The translations under genes and the position numbers were made by a program. From an uncultured virus (IMG/VR IMGVR_UViG_2850639881_000002) (taxonomy: Duplodnaviria; Heunggongvirae; Uroviricota; Caudoviricetes), in IMG/VR virus record IMGVR_UViG_2850639881_000002: a stretch of 64,000 nt of DNA. The stretch is one strand, 5' to 3'. Position 1 is the first letter of the stretch. Each line of letters starts with the position of its first letter. Below are positions 1 to 10,246 of the stretch, piece after piece. The notes beneath the pieces are model-generated. The model was not told where the DNA came from. It made no database searches and saw only the letters and a program-made list of their open reading frames with translations.

Positions 1-273
1 ATGAAACTCGCTTCTATCGCCTGCGCAGCCGCACTCCTCCTCACGGCCTGCACCACCACGCCGCCCGAACTGGAGCCGATCCCCGGCAGCATCACCTATG
101 GCGGCCAGCCGCGCACCAAGCTCACCAAGGCGCCGGTCGGCAGCATCGTGCCGCACCAGTTCTTCACGCAGCAAGGCGGGCTGGCCCGCGAAACCTATGT
201 GATCCAGTCCGACCGCTCATTGAAGCTGGTTCGCCGCTACATAGATTACGACTTCATCACGAGGCGCGATTGA
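1..273 (+). CDS. small lipoprotein, paralog of 357..647
   Basis: Signal peptide with lipobox LTAC; core LEPIPGSITYGGQPRTKLTKAPVGSIVPHQF shared with the next ORF. Confidence 0.8.
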   Translation: MKLASIACAAALLLTACTTTPPELEPIPGSITYGGQPRTKLTKAPVGSIVPHQFFTQQGGLARETYVIQSDRSLKLVRRYIDYDFITRRD

Positions 274-356
274 CGAGATTGCGCCATCCTGCCCGCTTCG
301 AGCTTGGGCGGCAGCTTCGACTGAGGCGCTAGGAACTCTACAATTCGGAGATTGCC

Positions 357-647
357 ATGAAACACGTATTTCCCGCCCTCTGCACTGCCTTGTTGCTCAC
401 CAGCTGTGAGGTGACTACGTCTTCGGTGGGCTATTCGCCCTACCTTGAGCCCATTCCCGGCAGCATCACCTATCGCGGCCAGCCGCGTACGAAGCTCACC
501 AAGGCGCCGGTCGGCAGCATCGTGCCACATCAGTTCATCGACCGGTTCGGTCGACGCGTTTACGAGACCTACGTGATCGAGCCGGATCGCTCGTTGCTGC
601 TGGTCAGTCGACGTTACCGGGACTTCCTCCTCTTCGACGACGACTGA
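357..647 (+). CDS. small lipoprotein, paralog of 1..273
   Basis: Lipobox LTSC, GGAG RBS, same conserved core. Confidence 0.8.
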   Translation: MKHVFPALCTALLLTSCEVTTSSVGYSPYLEPIPGSITYRGQPRTKLTKAPVGSIVPHQFIDRFGRRVYETYVIEPDRSLLLVSRRYRDFLLFDDD

Positions 648-648
648 T

Positions 649-754
649 CTACTGCAGGTTTCCTTAAATCGTCGCCGATTCAAGGATAAAAACATGCAGC
701 AATTCAAAGTGCTACAGCGACCCTTGCGCGTCTGATAGACACGCGGCGCTGTAG
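649..754 (+). repeat. rhizobial interspersed palindromic mosaic repeat, copy 1
   Basis: CTGCA..TCCTTAAATCG..CGATTCAAGGA..CATGCAGCAATTCAAAGTGCTACAGCG..GCTGTAG; recurs at 19085, 21754 and 23096. Confidence 0.85.
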
Positions 755-825
755 TAGCGGGCGTTCAGCCGACGCGACGAAGATAGATGTCTGACCGCGC
801 TGCGCCTGCACTGGCAAACGCGACG

Positions 826-1164
826 TCATACTGCCCTGAGCAGCATGACCGCCCGTCTGGCCACATCGGCGAAGGTGACGCCGATTGCCGCGCCGCCGAG
901 GCCGATGACGCCAAGCGCCCCCATCCCTATCAGCTTCCATTTGCGGACGTCCTCGGTCACCGGCTTCATCTCGGCAATTTCGTCTTTGACGAGCGTCAAC
1001 GATCCCTCGAGCGTTCCGACCCGTTCGACGAGTTCGTCGATGCGCCGGTTCATCGACGTCCGCCCGGCATCGGACCGGTCCTCCGACCGGCGGAAATCCT
1101 CGCGCAGATTCTTCACCTCGGCGATCAGGGTCCCGAGCTGTTGGTGAACCGTGGCGTCAACCAT
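826..1164 (-). CDS. DUF1515-like coiled-coil/TM protein, putative holin
   Basis: Coiled coil followed by C-terminal TM (IGMGALGVIGLGGAAIGV); last gene of the lysis cassette. Confidence 0.65.
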   Translation of the reverse strand: MVDATVHQQLGTLIAEVKNLREDFRRSEDRSDAGRTSMNRRIDELVERVGTLEGSLTLVKDEIAEMKPVTEDVRKWKLIGMGALGVIGLGGAAIGVTFADVARRAVMLLRAV

Positions 1165-1408
1165 CCCGCCGCTCCCCGTGCTTCGCGCATTCACCCTTTG
1201 TCCAGACGGACGCGGCACAAAGCCCGACGACCGTCCGGTCTATCCTGCGCTGGTCTGCGGCCGTGGCACCGCGAGCCCCGGCGAGGTCAGTGCGGACCAC
1301 CGCGCGCAGGCCGCTGACATTTGCCGGCGCCGAAGTTCCACAACCCGCCAGAAACAGAACAGGCATCATAGTCAAGGCGCTTCGCATCAGCGCTATCCGC
1401 CGCTTCAT
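1157..1408 (-). CDS. Rz1-like outer-membrane spanin lipoprotein
   Basis: Lipobox LAGC; overlaps the 3' part of the Rz-like gene in another frame. Confidence 0.7.
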   Translation of the reverse strand: MKRRIALMRSALTMMPVLFLAGCGTSAPANVSGLRAVVRTDLAGARGATAADQRRIDRTVVGLCAASVWTKGECAKHGERRDG

Positions 1409-1532
1409 TGTTTTGCCTTTCGATTGAATTGCGGACCGCCTGCGCTCCGTTTTCACGAATTTCCAGCACGGCCCAGGAAAGGGCGGCGCACACAAGCAGG
1501 CCGCCCAGGAACTTGCCCCATGGTATGTTCAT
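1287..1532 (-). CDS. Rz-like inner-membrane spanin
   Basis: N-terminal TM then helical periplasmic domain; ATGA overlap with the endolysin stop. Confidence 0.7.
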   Translation of the reverse strand: MNIPWGKFLGGLLVCAALSWAVLEIRENGAQAVRNSIERQNNEAADSADAKRLDYDACSVSGGLWNFGAGKCQRPARGGPH

Positions 1533-2347
1533 CGCCCGAGCCCCAGGGCGTCCCGAACCGCCGGCATCGACGAGATTGCATAGATCGCGAAGCCGACGAT
1601 CGTCGCCAGAATGGCAAGCTGCACCCGCCAGTCGAGCGCCACGAGGTTCAATTCCTTGAGCGCTGTGATGATGGTTCCACCGGCGGTCAACAGCCACGTC
1701 CAGAACCGCCCGGAACGGGCAACGGGCCTGTGCCGCACTTCGGACCGCACCGTCGGGGGCGACACGGCCGCTGTTGGCTGCGGCGTCGCATCCGAGGAGG
1801 GAGAGGCGGCGAGGACCTGGCGGAGCACCGCCTCGAGCTCATCCGGCTTCACCAACGCCTTGTTGAGCCCGTCCCCGGCATAATAGGACTGCCCGCGCTT
1901 TACCCGCCGCCGGTCGCCGTCGGTCTCGGCAAGCACAGGAAGCGATGCCCACTCCATCGCCAGCCGCCGGCCGAACTCGGTCACGCTGATCGCGCCGGAA
2001 ACGAAGCTTGCGAAACCGCGGCGATCCAGGAGATGAAGCCCCAACCTGTCCTGAAGCGCGGGCTCGAAGACCTGCGCCTCCTTGAGCCACGGAATTTCCC
2101 GCAGCAGCCCAACCAGTGTCGCGCGCATGAATTGATAGGCGCCGGCAGCGCTCGACCCATGCGCCTTCGACCAGGTCTTCTGGGCCGCAATCACCTCGCC
2201 GAGCGTCATCGCGGTCAGCGGCTTCGTCAGGCCGCCTTGCCTGTGGGCATAAATCACATCATAGGAGGCGCGGTCGTTCCGCCCGACTTCCGCTTCGCGG
2301 ATGAAGGCGAGCAGATGCGCCGCGCCGTGAGGCATGGTGTGGGTCAT
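1529..2347 (-). CDS. endolysin, lambda-lysozyme/transglycosylase-like, with C-terminal TM segments
   Basis: Motifs IREAE, SSAAGAYQF and EWASLP; hydrophobic C-terminus. Confidence 0.8.
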   Translation of the reverse strand: MTHTMPHGAAHLLAFIREAEVGRNDRASYDVIYAHRQGGLTKPLTAMTLGEVIAAQKTWSKAHGSSAAGAYQFMRATLVGLLREIPWLKEAQVFEPALQDRLGLHLLDRRGFASFVSGAISVTEFGRRLAMEWASLPVLAETDGDRRRVKRGQSYYAGDGLNKALVKPDELEAVLRQVLAASPSSDATPQPTAAVSPPTVRSEVRHRPVARSGRFWTWLLTAGGTIITALKELNLVALDWRVQLAILATIVGFAIYAISSMPAVRDALGLGR

Positions 2348-2429
2348 GGTGGTACCTTTGGTGTTTGGAAAGGAAAACCCCGCTTATCGCGGGGGTTCAG
2401 GGTTTGGTCATCAGGCGCCGTCGCGACGG

Positions 2430-2777
2430 CTAGTCGATTCGCGGGCAGCCAGGGTCGGCTCCGAAGACGACGCGGTTGCGTTCCCCTCGACGACCGATGC
2501 CCCTTACTTCGATGGCGCTATTCGATGTCCGCCCGATTCTGGGATTTCGAAGATACCGGCGAGCCAGATGGAGGGCTTGACGTGTCGTGCACTGATATTC
2601 TTCCGGGTAGTTCTCTCGATAATATCGCCTCGGCGGATACTCATCGTGGTAACGTGGACCTGTGCGGCCGATATAGATGTCGAAGTCTTGAGAAAAGCCG
2701 CCTGTTGGCGCGGCAATCGAGGTAGCTACTGTTGCGGCCGCCAACAAGAGTTTAAACGATAACGCTGCCATTTGCAT
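2430..2777 (-). CDS. small secreted hypothetical protein
   Basis: Signal peptide, GAGGAG RBS, Cys pair. Confidence 0.65.
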   Translation of the reverse strand: MQMAALSFKLLLAAATVATSIAAPTGGFSQDFDIYIGRTGPRYHDEYPPRRYYRENYPEEYQCTTRQALHLARRYLRNPRIGRTSNSAIEVRGIGRRGERNRVVFGADPGCPRID

Positions 2778-2837
2778 TCTCCTCGCTACGCTAGACGATT
2801 CTAGAAGGCAAATGATGAACGACGACAGAACGTTCCT

Positions 2838-3582
2838 TTACTGCTTCACCAATAGTCCTTGACCGGTCGGTATGGTCAATATTGATTGCCCATGGGCAGC
2901 AGCAAACTCATTCCACATCGCATTCTGCTGCTCGCACCCTCTAAAGGCGTAGTCGTCAAGCACGATAGTCGCCCCGGTGACGACCCTATCCCAGACCCTC
3001 TCTATGCATTCTTGCTCGTATTTCGCGACATTGAGGTCGATTCTTTTCGATCGGTACGCCATCCAGGGTTGCCGGCAGAAGTCCCTTTACCAAAATTGCA
3101 TTCTCGAACTTGGAGAAGTTTCGCTTTGCGATCTCATGAACATCGAAATAGATGCCCGAGTTACGCTGCTTTGCCAGCATTGCCTCGTTAACAGTCATCT
3201 CGCCTTCGGGAATGCCTGCGAAGGTGTCGAAGAGCCAGAATTTCCGGTCGAGCACGCAAAAATTAAGATACTCACAAACGGTCATCGAAAGCAGGCCGGC
3301 GTTCACGCCGAATTCGACGAAATCGCCTTGAAGTTTGAGCGCTCGAAGTGCGGCAAAGCAGCACGTGTGAGCCCGCCAACGAATGTCAGGGACACGCTTG
3401 CGCTTCTGCCACGCCGCTCTGTTACCCGCCTCAGCGAAGCGCCAAGCAGCGGCAAATCGCGGCTCGTTCAGAAAATCCGTGTTCTTGTTTATGACCCTGA
3501 AGCCGTCGGCCTTGTAACCGGGTAGAGAGTCCTCGCCTTCTGCAAGGAACCGAAGGCGCTTCTTGACTTCGCGGATACCCAT
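2838..3582 (-). pseudogene. TylF/MycF-family O-methyltransferase, frameshifted near 3040
   Basis: GDFVEFGV and FDTFAG in one frame; IDLN..IVLDDY..PTGQG continues in another frame. Confidence 0.8.
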
Positions 3583-3971
3583 TTCACACTCCGCCACTAT
3601 ATCCACGCCGGCGCAAGGGCCATAGGTCGCGGACGGCCTAAGATGAGGCGGCCAGCGTTCCAACTCCGAGTGGGGCCGGTTTGCGCCGTTAGTTTAGCCG
3701 CAATCGTGAGCCGTTTGCCAATGAACTCGAAATCCGTCCTCGCTAGGGGTAGGAGGAAGATACCAAGTCAACGTCAATCGGTGGCAAACAGCAATCGCGC
3801 CTCCGCGTCTAACCACTCAGCGAGAACCATTACGAAGCCGAGATATGCTGGGCGACTCGCAACATCGACGTCACTGCCAACGTCGCTGTCCTGTTACCCT
3901 TGGATGTGCCCGGTTGCGGGCCGTGGCAACATTCGATATGAGCAGCAAGAATCCAATTCCGAGACAAATTA

Positions 3972-4814
3972 ATGGCCAAATCGAAGGTCGTGGTCGTCTT
4001 TCCTGTTTACAACGGTGAAAGGACTCTCTTCAGCAGTCTACAGTGCATCGCCGATCAGACGTTTCGAGATTTCGAAGCGATTGTTGTCGACAATAAATCG
4101 ACAGACGACACACTAGCCGTCGCTGAGCAGTTTTGTAGATCGGATCGTCGCTTCTCCATTGTGAGAAACGAACAGCATGTCAGTGCACCGGAGAACTTCG
4201 CTCGCGCTTTCCAACTCGGCGCAACGCGTGGCGAATATTTCTGCCTGCGCGCATGCGATGACCATTCTTCTCCAGATTTTTTGGCGTGCTTGGTCGAGGC
4301 CCTTGACCGGGACCCCACCAAATTACTTGCGGCATGCTCTACAAAGGTGGTCGGGCCGAACGGAAGCAGAATAAAATCTCCCAATAAAGCCACCCTTGAC
4401 TTCACCCAATCGTACGTTTCAGGGCGTGTGCCAAGAAACCTAACGTTCCCGGCAGAATGGATTTACGGCCTGTTTAGGGCCAGCGCCAAAGACATATTGA
4501 TGACACGCTGGTTCGAACTCGGCAATCCCTGGTGTCTCGCATCCTATGTCGTGGCAGAGTTTGTCGTTCGTGACTCGGTCGCGTACGTGCAAGGACCAAC
4601 ATACGACTTTACTGAGGGCTCTGGTTCGGAGCAACGTTATGGAGCAAAGAGTTTCCGTAACAAGCTTGATCAACGGCTAAGGTATACATTTGGATGCTAT
4701 AAGCTAGCAAGAAAACTTCCTCCGGTGAGATTTCTAACAAGGTTAAAGTTCTTCAAAATGTGCTGGAATGATGCACGGAGGAAGACGCGTTACAAGCTTT
4801 TCTGGCTTTTTTGA
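3972..4814 (+). CDS. glycosyltransferase family 2
   Basis: PVYNGE, IVVDNKSTDDT and CDD motifs; visibly lower GC than flanks. Confidence 0.9.
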   Translation: MAKSKVVVVFPVYNGERTLFSSLQCIADQTFRDFEAIVVDNKSTDDTLAVAEQFCRSDRRFSIVRNEQHVSAPENFARAFQLGATRGEYFCLRACDDHSSPDFLACLVEALDRDPTKLLAACSTKVVGPNGSRIKSPNKATLDFTQSYVSGRVPRNLTFPAEWIYGLFRASAKDILMTRWFELGNPWCLASYVVAEFVVRDSVAYVQGPTYDFTEGSGSEQRYGAKSFRNKLDQRLRYTFGCYKLARKLPPVRFLTRLKFFKMCWNDARRKTRYKLFWLF

Positions 4815-4943
4815 ACTATGCATGGACTGATGGCGAGTTCGTCTTCCACGGCTGAGCACTATTGCCCACAGCCAGGGAGCGACAACAAAGACAAGTCGCG
4901 GCTAGACCTACGCAGTATTTGCTAGTAGCGAGCTGCGAAAGCG

Positions 4944-5438
4944 TTAAAGATCGAGCGCGGCGGTCCACACTGCGTCAATTTGCATCTCGGTTAAGCCGAG
5001 CGCCCCTCCGATGACTGCAATCAATGACTGCAACCGGTTGAACGAGGTGGCGTATTCCCATTCGATCTGGACGCGGTCCCTTTCGGGGCCGACCGGCATG
5101 GTATCAATCGCAGCCATTACCTGGACCGGAGAAATCCCCGCATTGACAAGCCCCAGACGCAATTGTCGTGCTGAAAGCGAGGGCATAAAGGAGCGTATCT
5201 GTTCTCCTGTCGGCTGCGTGTACGGCTGGATTAGGAATTTCGGATTGTCGGCGAGCCACTTGCGAATGGTAGGATTAAGGCCGAACGTATCATCGGGTCT
5301 CGATAGATAGTCGCAATCGTAGGTTTGACCGCTTATATCAGTCAGGTTGATCGAGAGCTCGTAAACTTCCGGCTCTCCGGTCGCACTGATCGCACGGACT
5401 TCATTGAGCGCCATTCTGCCTTGGGTGGAGCTAATCAT
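4944..5438 (-). CDS. tail-fibre-associated (assembly/chaperone-like) protein
   Basis: Directly downstream of the tail fibre; LSARQLRLGL..IEWEYA motif typical of such proteins. Confidence 0.6.
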   Translation of the reverse strand: MISSTQGRMALNEVRAISATGEPEVYELSINLTDISGQTYDCDYLSRPDDTFGLNPTIRKWLADNPKFLIQPYTQPTGEQIRSFMPSLSARQLRLGLVNAGISPVQVMAAIDTMPVGPERDRVQIEWEYATSFNRLQSLIAVIGGALGLTEMQIDAVWTAALDL

Positions 5439-5440
5439 AC

Positions 5441-6639
5441 TTATGCGGTCCTTTGGATGATAAGCCAATCTGACGAAGTGACGATCCCTCGCACACGCCA
5501 AGTTCCTGAAAGCGCTGAACCGGCCCCGGAATAGCCGCTCTGAACGTAAGCGTTGGTGCTGTACAAACAGGGGATCACTGCAGCTTGTCGCGCGGGGTTG
5601 GAGCCATTCTGCGCCATCGCCAGGACTGTCCCTATTGGGAAGCTGGTGTTAGTAGATGATGTTCCAGTGTAAACCTCCGCCGCCACGAACCCCAACGCAT
5701 GCGTATGGGTCGTCCCGCTAACTGAATTCGTGGTCGCGTTCGTAATGTCCGAGGGTGTTCCCAATGTCAGGGTGCGGTTTGCGGAAATAGCACCGCCACC
5801 GGCCAGGCCATTCCCGGCTATCACCTGGACCGCATTGCTTGCAGGCGTATAGCCGTAGAGCGTGTTGATGTCGGGAGCTGCGAGGTTGCCCGAGTGCCAG
5901 ATCGTATTGTGCGCTGCCACTGAGTTGTCATAGAATTTCAACGCGTCAACACTGTTCACGTTCGACAGATACAGGTAGTCACCCGTATCGTCGTTCGAGA
6001 CGCGGATGCCATCGCCGTTCGCCGTGCCGTCCCGGTGCTGGATATAGCCCTTGCGGTCGTTGGCTTTCCAGAATCCGACATAAGGATCGCCCGTCGCCGA
6101 GCCGATGAGTTTGACGGCCTCACCATCCGTGGTTACGGCGATCTGAGTGAAATCGACGTAGGCGCCGCCAAGCCGGCCTGAGGGTATCGTGCCGGTCGTA
6201 AGGTTCGCGGCGTTGTTGGCACCAAGCGTCGCACGCGCCGTCGCGGCATCCGCATCGTCGAGCATGGTCTGCGCAAAAGCGGAAACGCCGAGCGTCGTAA
6301 GCGCGGCGCCGGCCGTTGCGTCATCCAGCAGCGTCCGCGCAAACGGCGTCAACGTCGTCGTCGCATAGGCGTCCGCCGCGGTCGTGTAGATCATCCTGTC
6401 CGCACCCGTCGCAAGGCCGGCAATCGAAGTCAGCGCCGCGCCGCTCCCTGGGCGCCGAGTGCTGTACGGGCCGCGCTGGCGCTTGTGGCGCCCGTTCCGC
6501 CCGCAGTGATCGGTCGTGCCGCATTGGCGTCGGCCGTCAGGTCGTCAATGAGCGCGTTATAGGGCACGCTCTGGATCGTCGTGTTCGGCACCCCCTTGGT
6601 GCCCGCCGGTGGGGAATAGACTCCGCCTGTTCTTGGCAA
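5441..6639 (-). pseudogene. tail fibre, split by a one-base frameshift near 6447
   Basis: TTG start with GGAGG RBS (LPRTGGVYSPP..GGTGATSASAARTALG); second frame resumes AALTSIAGL..LTPFARTLLDD; C-terminal GTWR motif. Confidence 0.8.
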
Positions 6640-6765
6640 GACAGCCTCCATGAAAAAAGCCTCCCGATGGGAGGCCGCGAAACAATTGGAATGTAGCTTG
6701 GGGCGGACTGGCGCCTGCCACCTCCACACGTGCATCTTTGGATTGCAGCGAGATGAAATGTTACG

Positions 6766-8124
6766 TCAGGACCGCCCCTTCCCGGCCGCAAAAAGCCGGC
6801 CGTAGTCCACTCGGCGCAAGCCGTCCGGCCCGCGGCTCACCGCGTCGGGGCGGGTCTTCTCCACCTCCTGCGCCATCACGCCGATATGCTTCGGCCCGAG
6901 GCCCTGCTCGCCCCTGTAGTTGAACTCGTAGAGATTGTGCCCCTTGAGCCTGCCGACCTTCTCGATGTTCTTCTTGGCGCGGCGATCGGATAGCGGGATC
7001 TTCTCGAACATCCCAAGGACATTCCCGAGCAGATTGCCGCCTCCCTGCTGCCGGGCGTTATAGGCGGACATTTGGTTTTGATAGTTCTGCTGCACCAGCC
7101 CGGCATAGTCGACCGGCTGGATCGACTGCCCCTGCGTCGGCACGAAGTTGGGGTTCGTCACCTGCGCGCCGGAAAGCAGCGCCGAGATCTCGTTGATCGG
7201 CTGGTTGCGCAACGCATATTGCTCGTTGAGATGGTTCGCGCGCGCGGTATTCTCGGCATTGATCTGCGCCTGTCGTGCGTTGAAGCTCTGGTCTTGCAGC
7301 GCATTGTTGGCGGCCGTCGCCGACTGGCCGTTCTGGTGCATCTGCTGCTTGGCGCTGTTGCCGAAGTCGGCGTTCTGCAGAGCCTGGGCGTAGCCCTGCG
7401 CCTGCGCCGCATTCTCGAAGCTCGCCTTCTGGTTGGCGAGATTGGCGAGACGCGTCTGCTCCTGCCCGGCGTTCAGCACGGCAGCGATGCGGGCGTCGTT
7501 GGACGTCCGGTTCGCCTCGTCGATCGCCCGGTTATAGGCCTCCGATCCCGGCTGCAGGCCCTGGTTGGCAAGCCGCGTTTCCAGCGCCGCCCGGTCGCGC
7601 TCGAACTGCGGGTTGAGCCGCGCCATCAGCGCATTCTCGTATTTCGACGTGTCGAAGTCCGTCTCGTAGCTGCGCGCAATGTTGCCGGCATTGCCGACGG
7701 ACGTTGCGAGCTCGGGTCCGCTGGAAAATTGTTGGTATCGCGGCAGTGTCAGCTTCAAAGGGTCGCCGGCGGCCGGGGCCTTCGAAATGTCCATCGGCTT
7801 GCCGAGCAGATCGTTCAGCCGGCTCGATTGCGTGTTCGCCAGCGTGGCAAGGTTCTTCTCGGCCGCCTCCGTCTGGAGCTTGATGGCCTTCTGCGCATCG
7901 GAAAGCTCCTGTTTCGCCGTCGCGACGGGAAGGTCGTAGACGTTCCCGCTCAAGGGGTCGGTCCATTTCTGCGTCGTATAGCTGTAGGTGAGGCTGCCGT
8001 CCGGCGTCATTTGGTTGACATTGCCCATGTATCCGTTGGCAACCGCCGTGCCAATGTTGGTCGCGGTCTGTGCCGCTGCCGTCGCCTTCGGATCCGGAGG
8101 AGCGGGCGCTTTTGATTTTCCCAT
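6766..8124 (-). CDS. virion/ejection protein with C-terminal peptidase S74 chaperone domain
   Basis: MGKSKAPAPPDP N-terminus, Q/N-rich body, SDRRAKKNI..IGVMAQEV..VDY. Confidence 0.75.
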   Translation of the reverse strand: MGKSKAPAPPDPKATAAAQTATNIGTAVANGYMGNVNQMTPDGSLTYSYTTQKWTDPLSGNVYDLPVATAKQELSDAQKAIKLQTEAAEKNLATLANTQSSRLNDLLGKPMDISKAPAAGDPLKLTLPRYQQFSSGPELATSVGNAGNIARSYETDFDTSKYENALMARLNPQFERDRAALETRLANQGLQPGSEAYNRAIDEANRTSNDARIAAVLNAGQEQTRLANLANQKASFENAAQAQGYAQALQNADFGNSAKQQMHQNGQSATAANNALQDQSFNARQAQINAENTARANHLNEQYALRNQPINEISALLSGAQVTNPNFVPTQGQSIQPVDYAGLVQQNYQNQMSAYNARQQGGGNLLGNVLGMFEKIPLSDRRAKKNIEKVGRLKGHNLYEFNYRGEQGLGPKHIGVMAQEVEKTRPDAVSRGPDGLRRVDYGRLFAAGKGRS

Positions 8125-8129
8125 AGAAC

Positions 8130-8186
8130 ACCTTTTGAGCGGGATGAGGAAAAGTGTGCGCGGTTTTCCGCTCGCATGCCGCGCTA
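8130..8186. repeat. palindromic repeat of the GGAAAAGTG..GGTTTTCC family
   Basis: GAGCGGGATGAGGAAAAGTGTGCGCGGTTTTCCGCTCGCATGCCGCGCTA; related to the repeat at 20517. Confidence 0.55.
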
Positions 8187-8636
8187 CGATTGGAATCGAT
8201 TGACGGGATGCGCCCGCCAGTCGTTGTCTGTCAGAGTGAAGATGATCTCCGCCTCATCCCGCCCGCGAAGGCGGGGGATGCGGTAGCTCGTGAAACCGAA
8301 GCGCCGGGCGATCGAGACCATGCCAGCATTCTCCTCCGAGACGCGCAGCACCGCCATCTGGCAGCCGATCTCGTCGAAGGGATAGCCGAACATGGCCTTC
8401 AGCACCGGCCGCGTCAGCCAGCCTTTGCTGGTGGCGGCGGCCGAAAGCTCGACGACGCCCGCTTCAGGCGAATAATTGTGGTAGACGACGCCGGCGACGA
8501 GCCTTCCCTCCTCCGTCACGCCCAGCGTGGTGAAGTCGGCAAAGCCCCTTTCGCAGCCGTCGATATGGGCGGCGACGAATCCGGCGATCGCATGGTTGGT
8601 CGCGGGGTCGCCCGCCCCGCCCCAGATGATGTTCAA
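8184..8636 (-). CDS. phage GNAT-family acetyltransferase
   Basis: TTG start overlapping the upstream stop; motifs MFGYPFDEIGC and RRFGF. Confidence 0.75.
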   Translation of the reverse strand: MNIIWGGAGDPATNHAIAGFVAAHIDGCERGFADFTTLGVTEEGRLVAGVVYHNYSPEAGVVELSAAATSKGWLTRPVLKAMFGYPFDEIGCQMAVLRVSEENAGMVSIARRFGFTSYRIPRLRGRDEAEIIFTLTDNDWRAHPVNRFQS

Positions 8637-10246
8637 GCACTCGCCTCCCCGGCTGCGACCTGCAGCGTCGCAAGATCGACCTCGATGTCGAGCTTCACCG
8701 CGCCGCCGGAGGTGATCACACAACCGACCGCCAGCATGTCGCCGCTTGCGCGCACGTTCTGGCGAAAGTCGTAGCGCAGCGCTTGCGACACGCCGTCCCA
8801 GCGCGCCACCTCCCAAAGGCCCACGTCCCATTCCGGCGACGCCGTGTCGCCTTCCGTCACCCGGTCGAAGGGTGGCGTGGTCCGGTCGAAATCGGCGCGG
8901 GCGAAGAGCTGCACCTTGGGCCGGGTCTTGGCGCGGAAATACATATGCGCCATCGTCGCCGCCGTGCGCTGGCCGAATTGACCGGCCGGCGTGAACTGCG
9001 AGAGATAGCTGGCGACAAAAGTCAGCCCGTCGTCGGTGCCGTCGGTGTCGCCCTGCCAGCAATAGCCATTGCGGGAGCCGAAGAAGAGCCCGCCCTGCAG
9101 CGTCTCGAAGCAGTTGGCCCGCCAGTTGCTGATTGTCGCCCAACGCCCGCTCAAGACATTCAACACGAAAGTCGTGTCGCTGACGACGCTGTTGTCCGGA
9201 AAGGCGACGAAAACCAGGTTCTGCTCGGCCCAGGGTTTGATTGTCCAGCCGGCGCCGGTGGCGTTCGCCGCCTGCCTCCAGTCGTCCTCGATCGGCCGCG
9301 AGACCGAAACCTGGCTCAGCGCCTGCCGGTCACGCTGAAACACCTGCGACATCGGCGTCAGCCCGTCCGAGGTCGCGATCAGCACGTCGCCGCCGACGCG
9401 GATCCAGGCATTCTTTCCAAGCGGCTTGCCGATCTGGTAGACGCCCTTCAGCGCGAAATCGTTGGCGCTCGAAGGGTCGGAACCGGCATAGACCGCAATT
9501 TCGCCCTCCGTCGAGACGAAGACGCAGAGATCGGAAAGGCCGTCGCCGCTTTCCAGCGACCAGGAAAAGCCGGTGATGAGCGAGCCGCCCTTCTTCATCA
9601 CGCCGCCGAGCGGGAACACGGCAGCCGCGCCGCCGATCGCGTTCACCGGCAGGTAGTAAGCGTCGAGCGTCGCGTTCTTCAGGAAGAACTCGCGGTTCTT
9701 GAACAGCCAGCCGTAGTTGAGCTCCGCCATCGTCGTACTGTCGGAAAAGGTGATCGTCGGCGTCGTTGTCCAGACGGTGCCGTCATAGATGCGGCGCGTG
9801 TCGGCGCCATTGAGACAGACGAGAAAGGAGCCGCCGGCGGTGGTGTGCTGGAAGGCGCACCAGTCGCCGCCGGCAAGCCCGCTCACTGCCGCGGCCGTCG
9901 TCGCCGGCGGGACTGTGGGGGCTGTCATGTTGTAGATCGCGGTAGCCGTCGCCATGAACAGCTTTTCGTTGCTGCCGAACTTGTACCTGAAGGCGCTGCG
10001 GATGGCGCCCCCATCGGCTGCGAGCCCGACCTTGCGTGAGCCGCCGCGTATCTTGCATCCGGCAAGCGTCGGCAGGAAGTTCGTAAGCACGGTGGCGGAG
10101 CCCGGTGCCTGCGAGGCCATGTCGGTGCTGGTCACCAGTCCCCCTTTCGGCGCCGGGAAGGTCACAGATTGCGAGGCCTGCGATCGGCCGATGCTCACCG
10201 ATCCGCGGTTGGTTTGCGGCAGGCGGCCAGGGCGAACTCTCATCAT
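8633..10246 (-). CDS. packaged-DNA stabilisation / tail hub protein (P22 gp10-like)
   Basis: ~537-aa beta-rich protein following the adaptor genes in a podovirus module. Confidence 0.7.
   Translation of the reverse strand: MMRVRPGRLPQTNRGSVSIGRSQASQSVTFPAPKGGLVTSTDMASQAPGSATVLTNFLPTLAGCKIRGGSRKVGLAADGGAIRSAFRYKFGSNEKLFMATATAIYNMTAPTVPPATTAAAVSGLAGGDWCAFQHTTAGGSFLVCLNGADTRRIYDGTVWTTTPTITFSDSTTMAELNYGWLFKNREFFLKNATLDAYYLPVNAIGGAAAVFPLGGVMKKGGSLITGFSWSLESGDGLSDLCVFVSTEGEIAVYAGSDPSSANDFALKGVYQIGKPLGKNAWIRVGGDVLIATSDGLTPMSQVFQRDRQALSQVSVSRPIEDDWRQAANATGAGWTIKPWAEQNLVFVAFPDNSVVSDTTFVLNVLSGRWATISNWRANCFETLQGGLFFGSRNGYCWQGDTDGTDDGLTFVASYLSQFTPAGQFGQRTAATMAHMYFRAKTRPKVQLFARADFDRTTPPFDRVTEGDTASPEWDVGLWEVARWDGVSQALRYDFRQNVRASGDMLAVGCVITSGGAVKLDIEVDLATLQVAAGEASA

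Noticed and set aside
649..754. Mosaic repeats as att sites or IS ends of the left element
   Set aside because: Four dispersed internal copies and no transposase; they match host interspersed repeats
1151..2725. 524-aa plus-strand ORF
   Set aside because: Antisense shadow of the lysis genes; Arg/Pro-rich with no motifs
8184..9143. Long N-terminal extensions in the ORF track (also 8633..10561, 15053..17269, 38601..39455, 40615..42075)
   Set aside because: They overlap real upstream genes; coupled starts with RBS lie downstream
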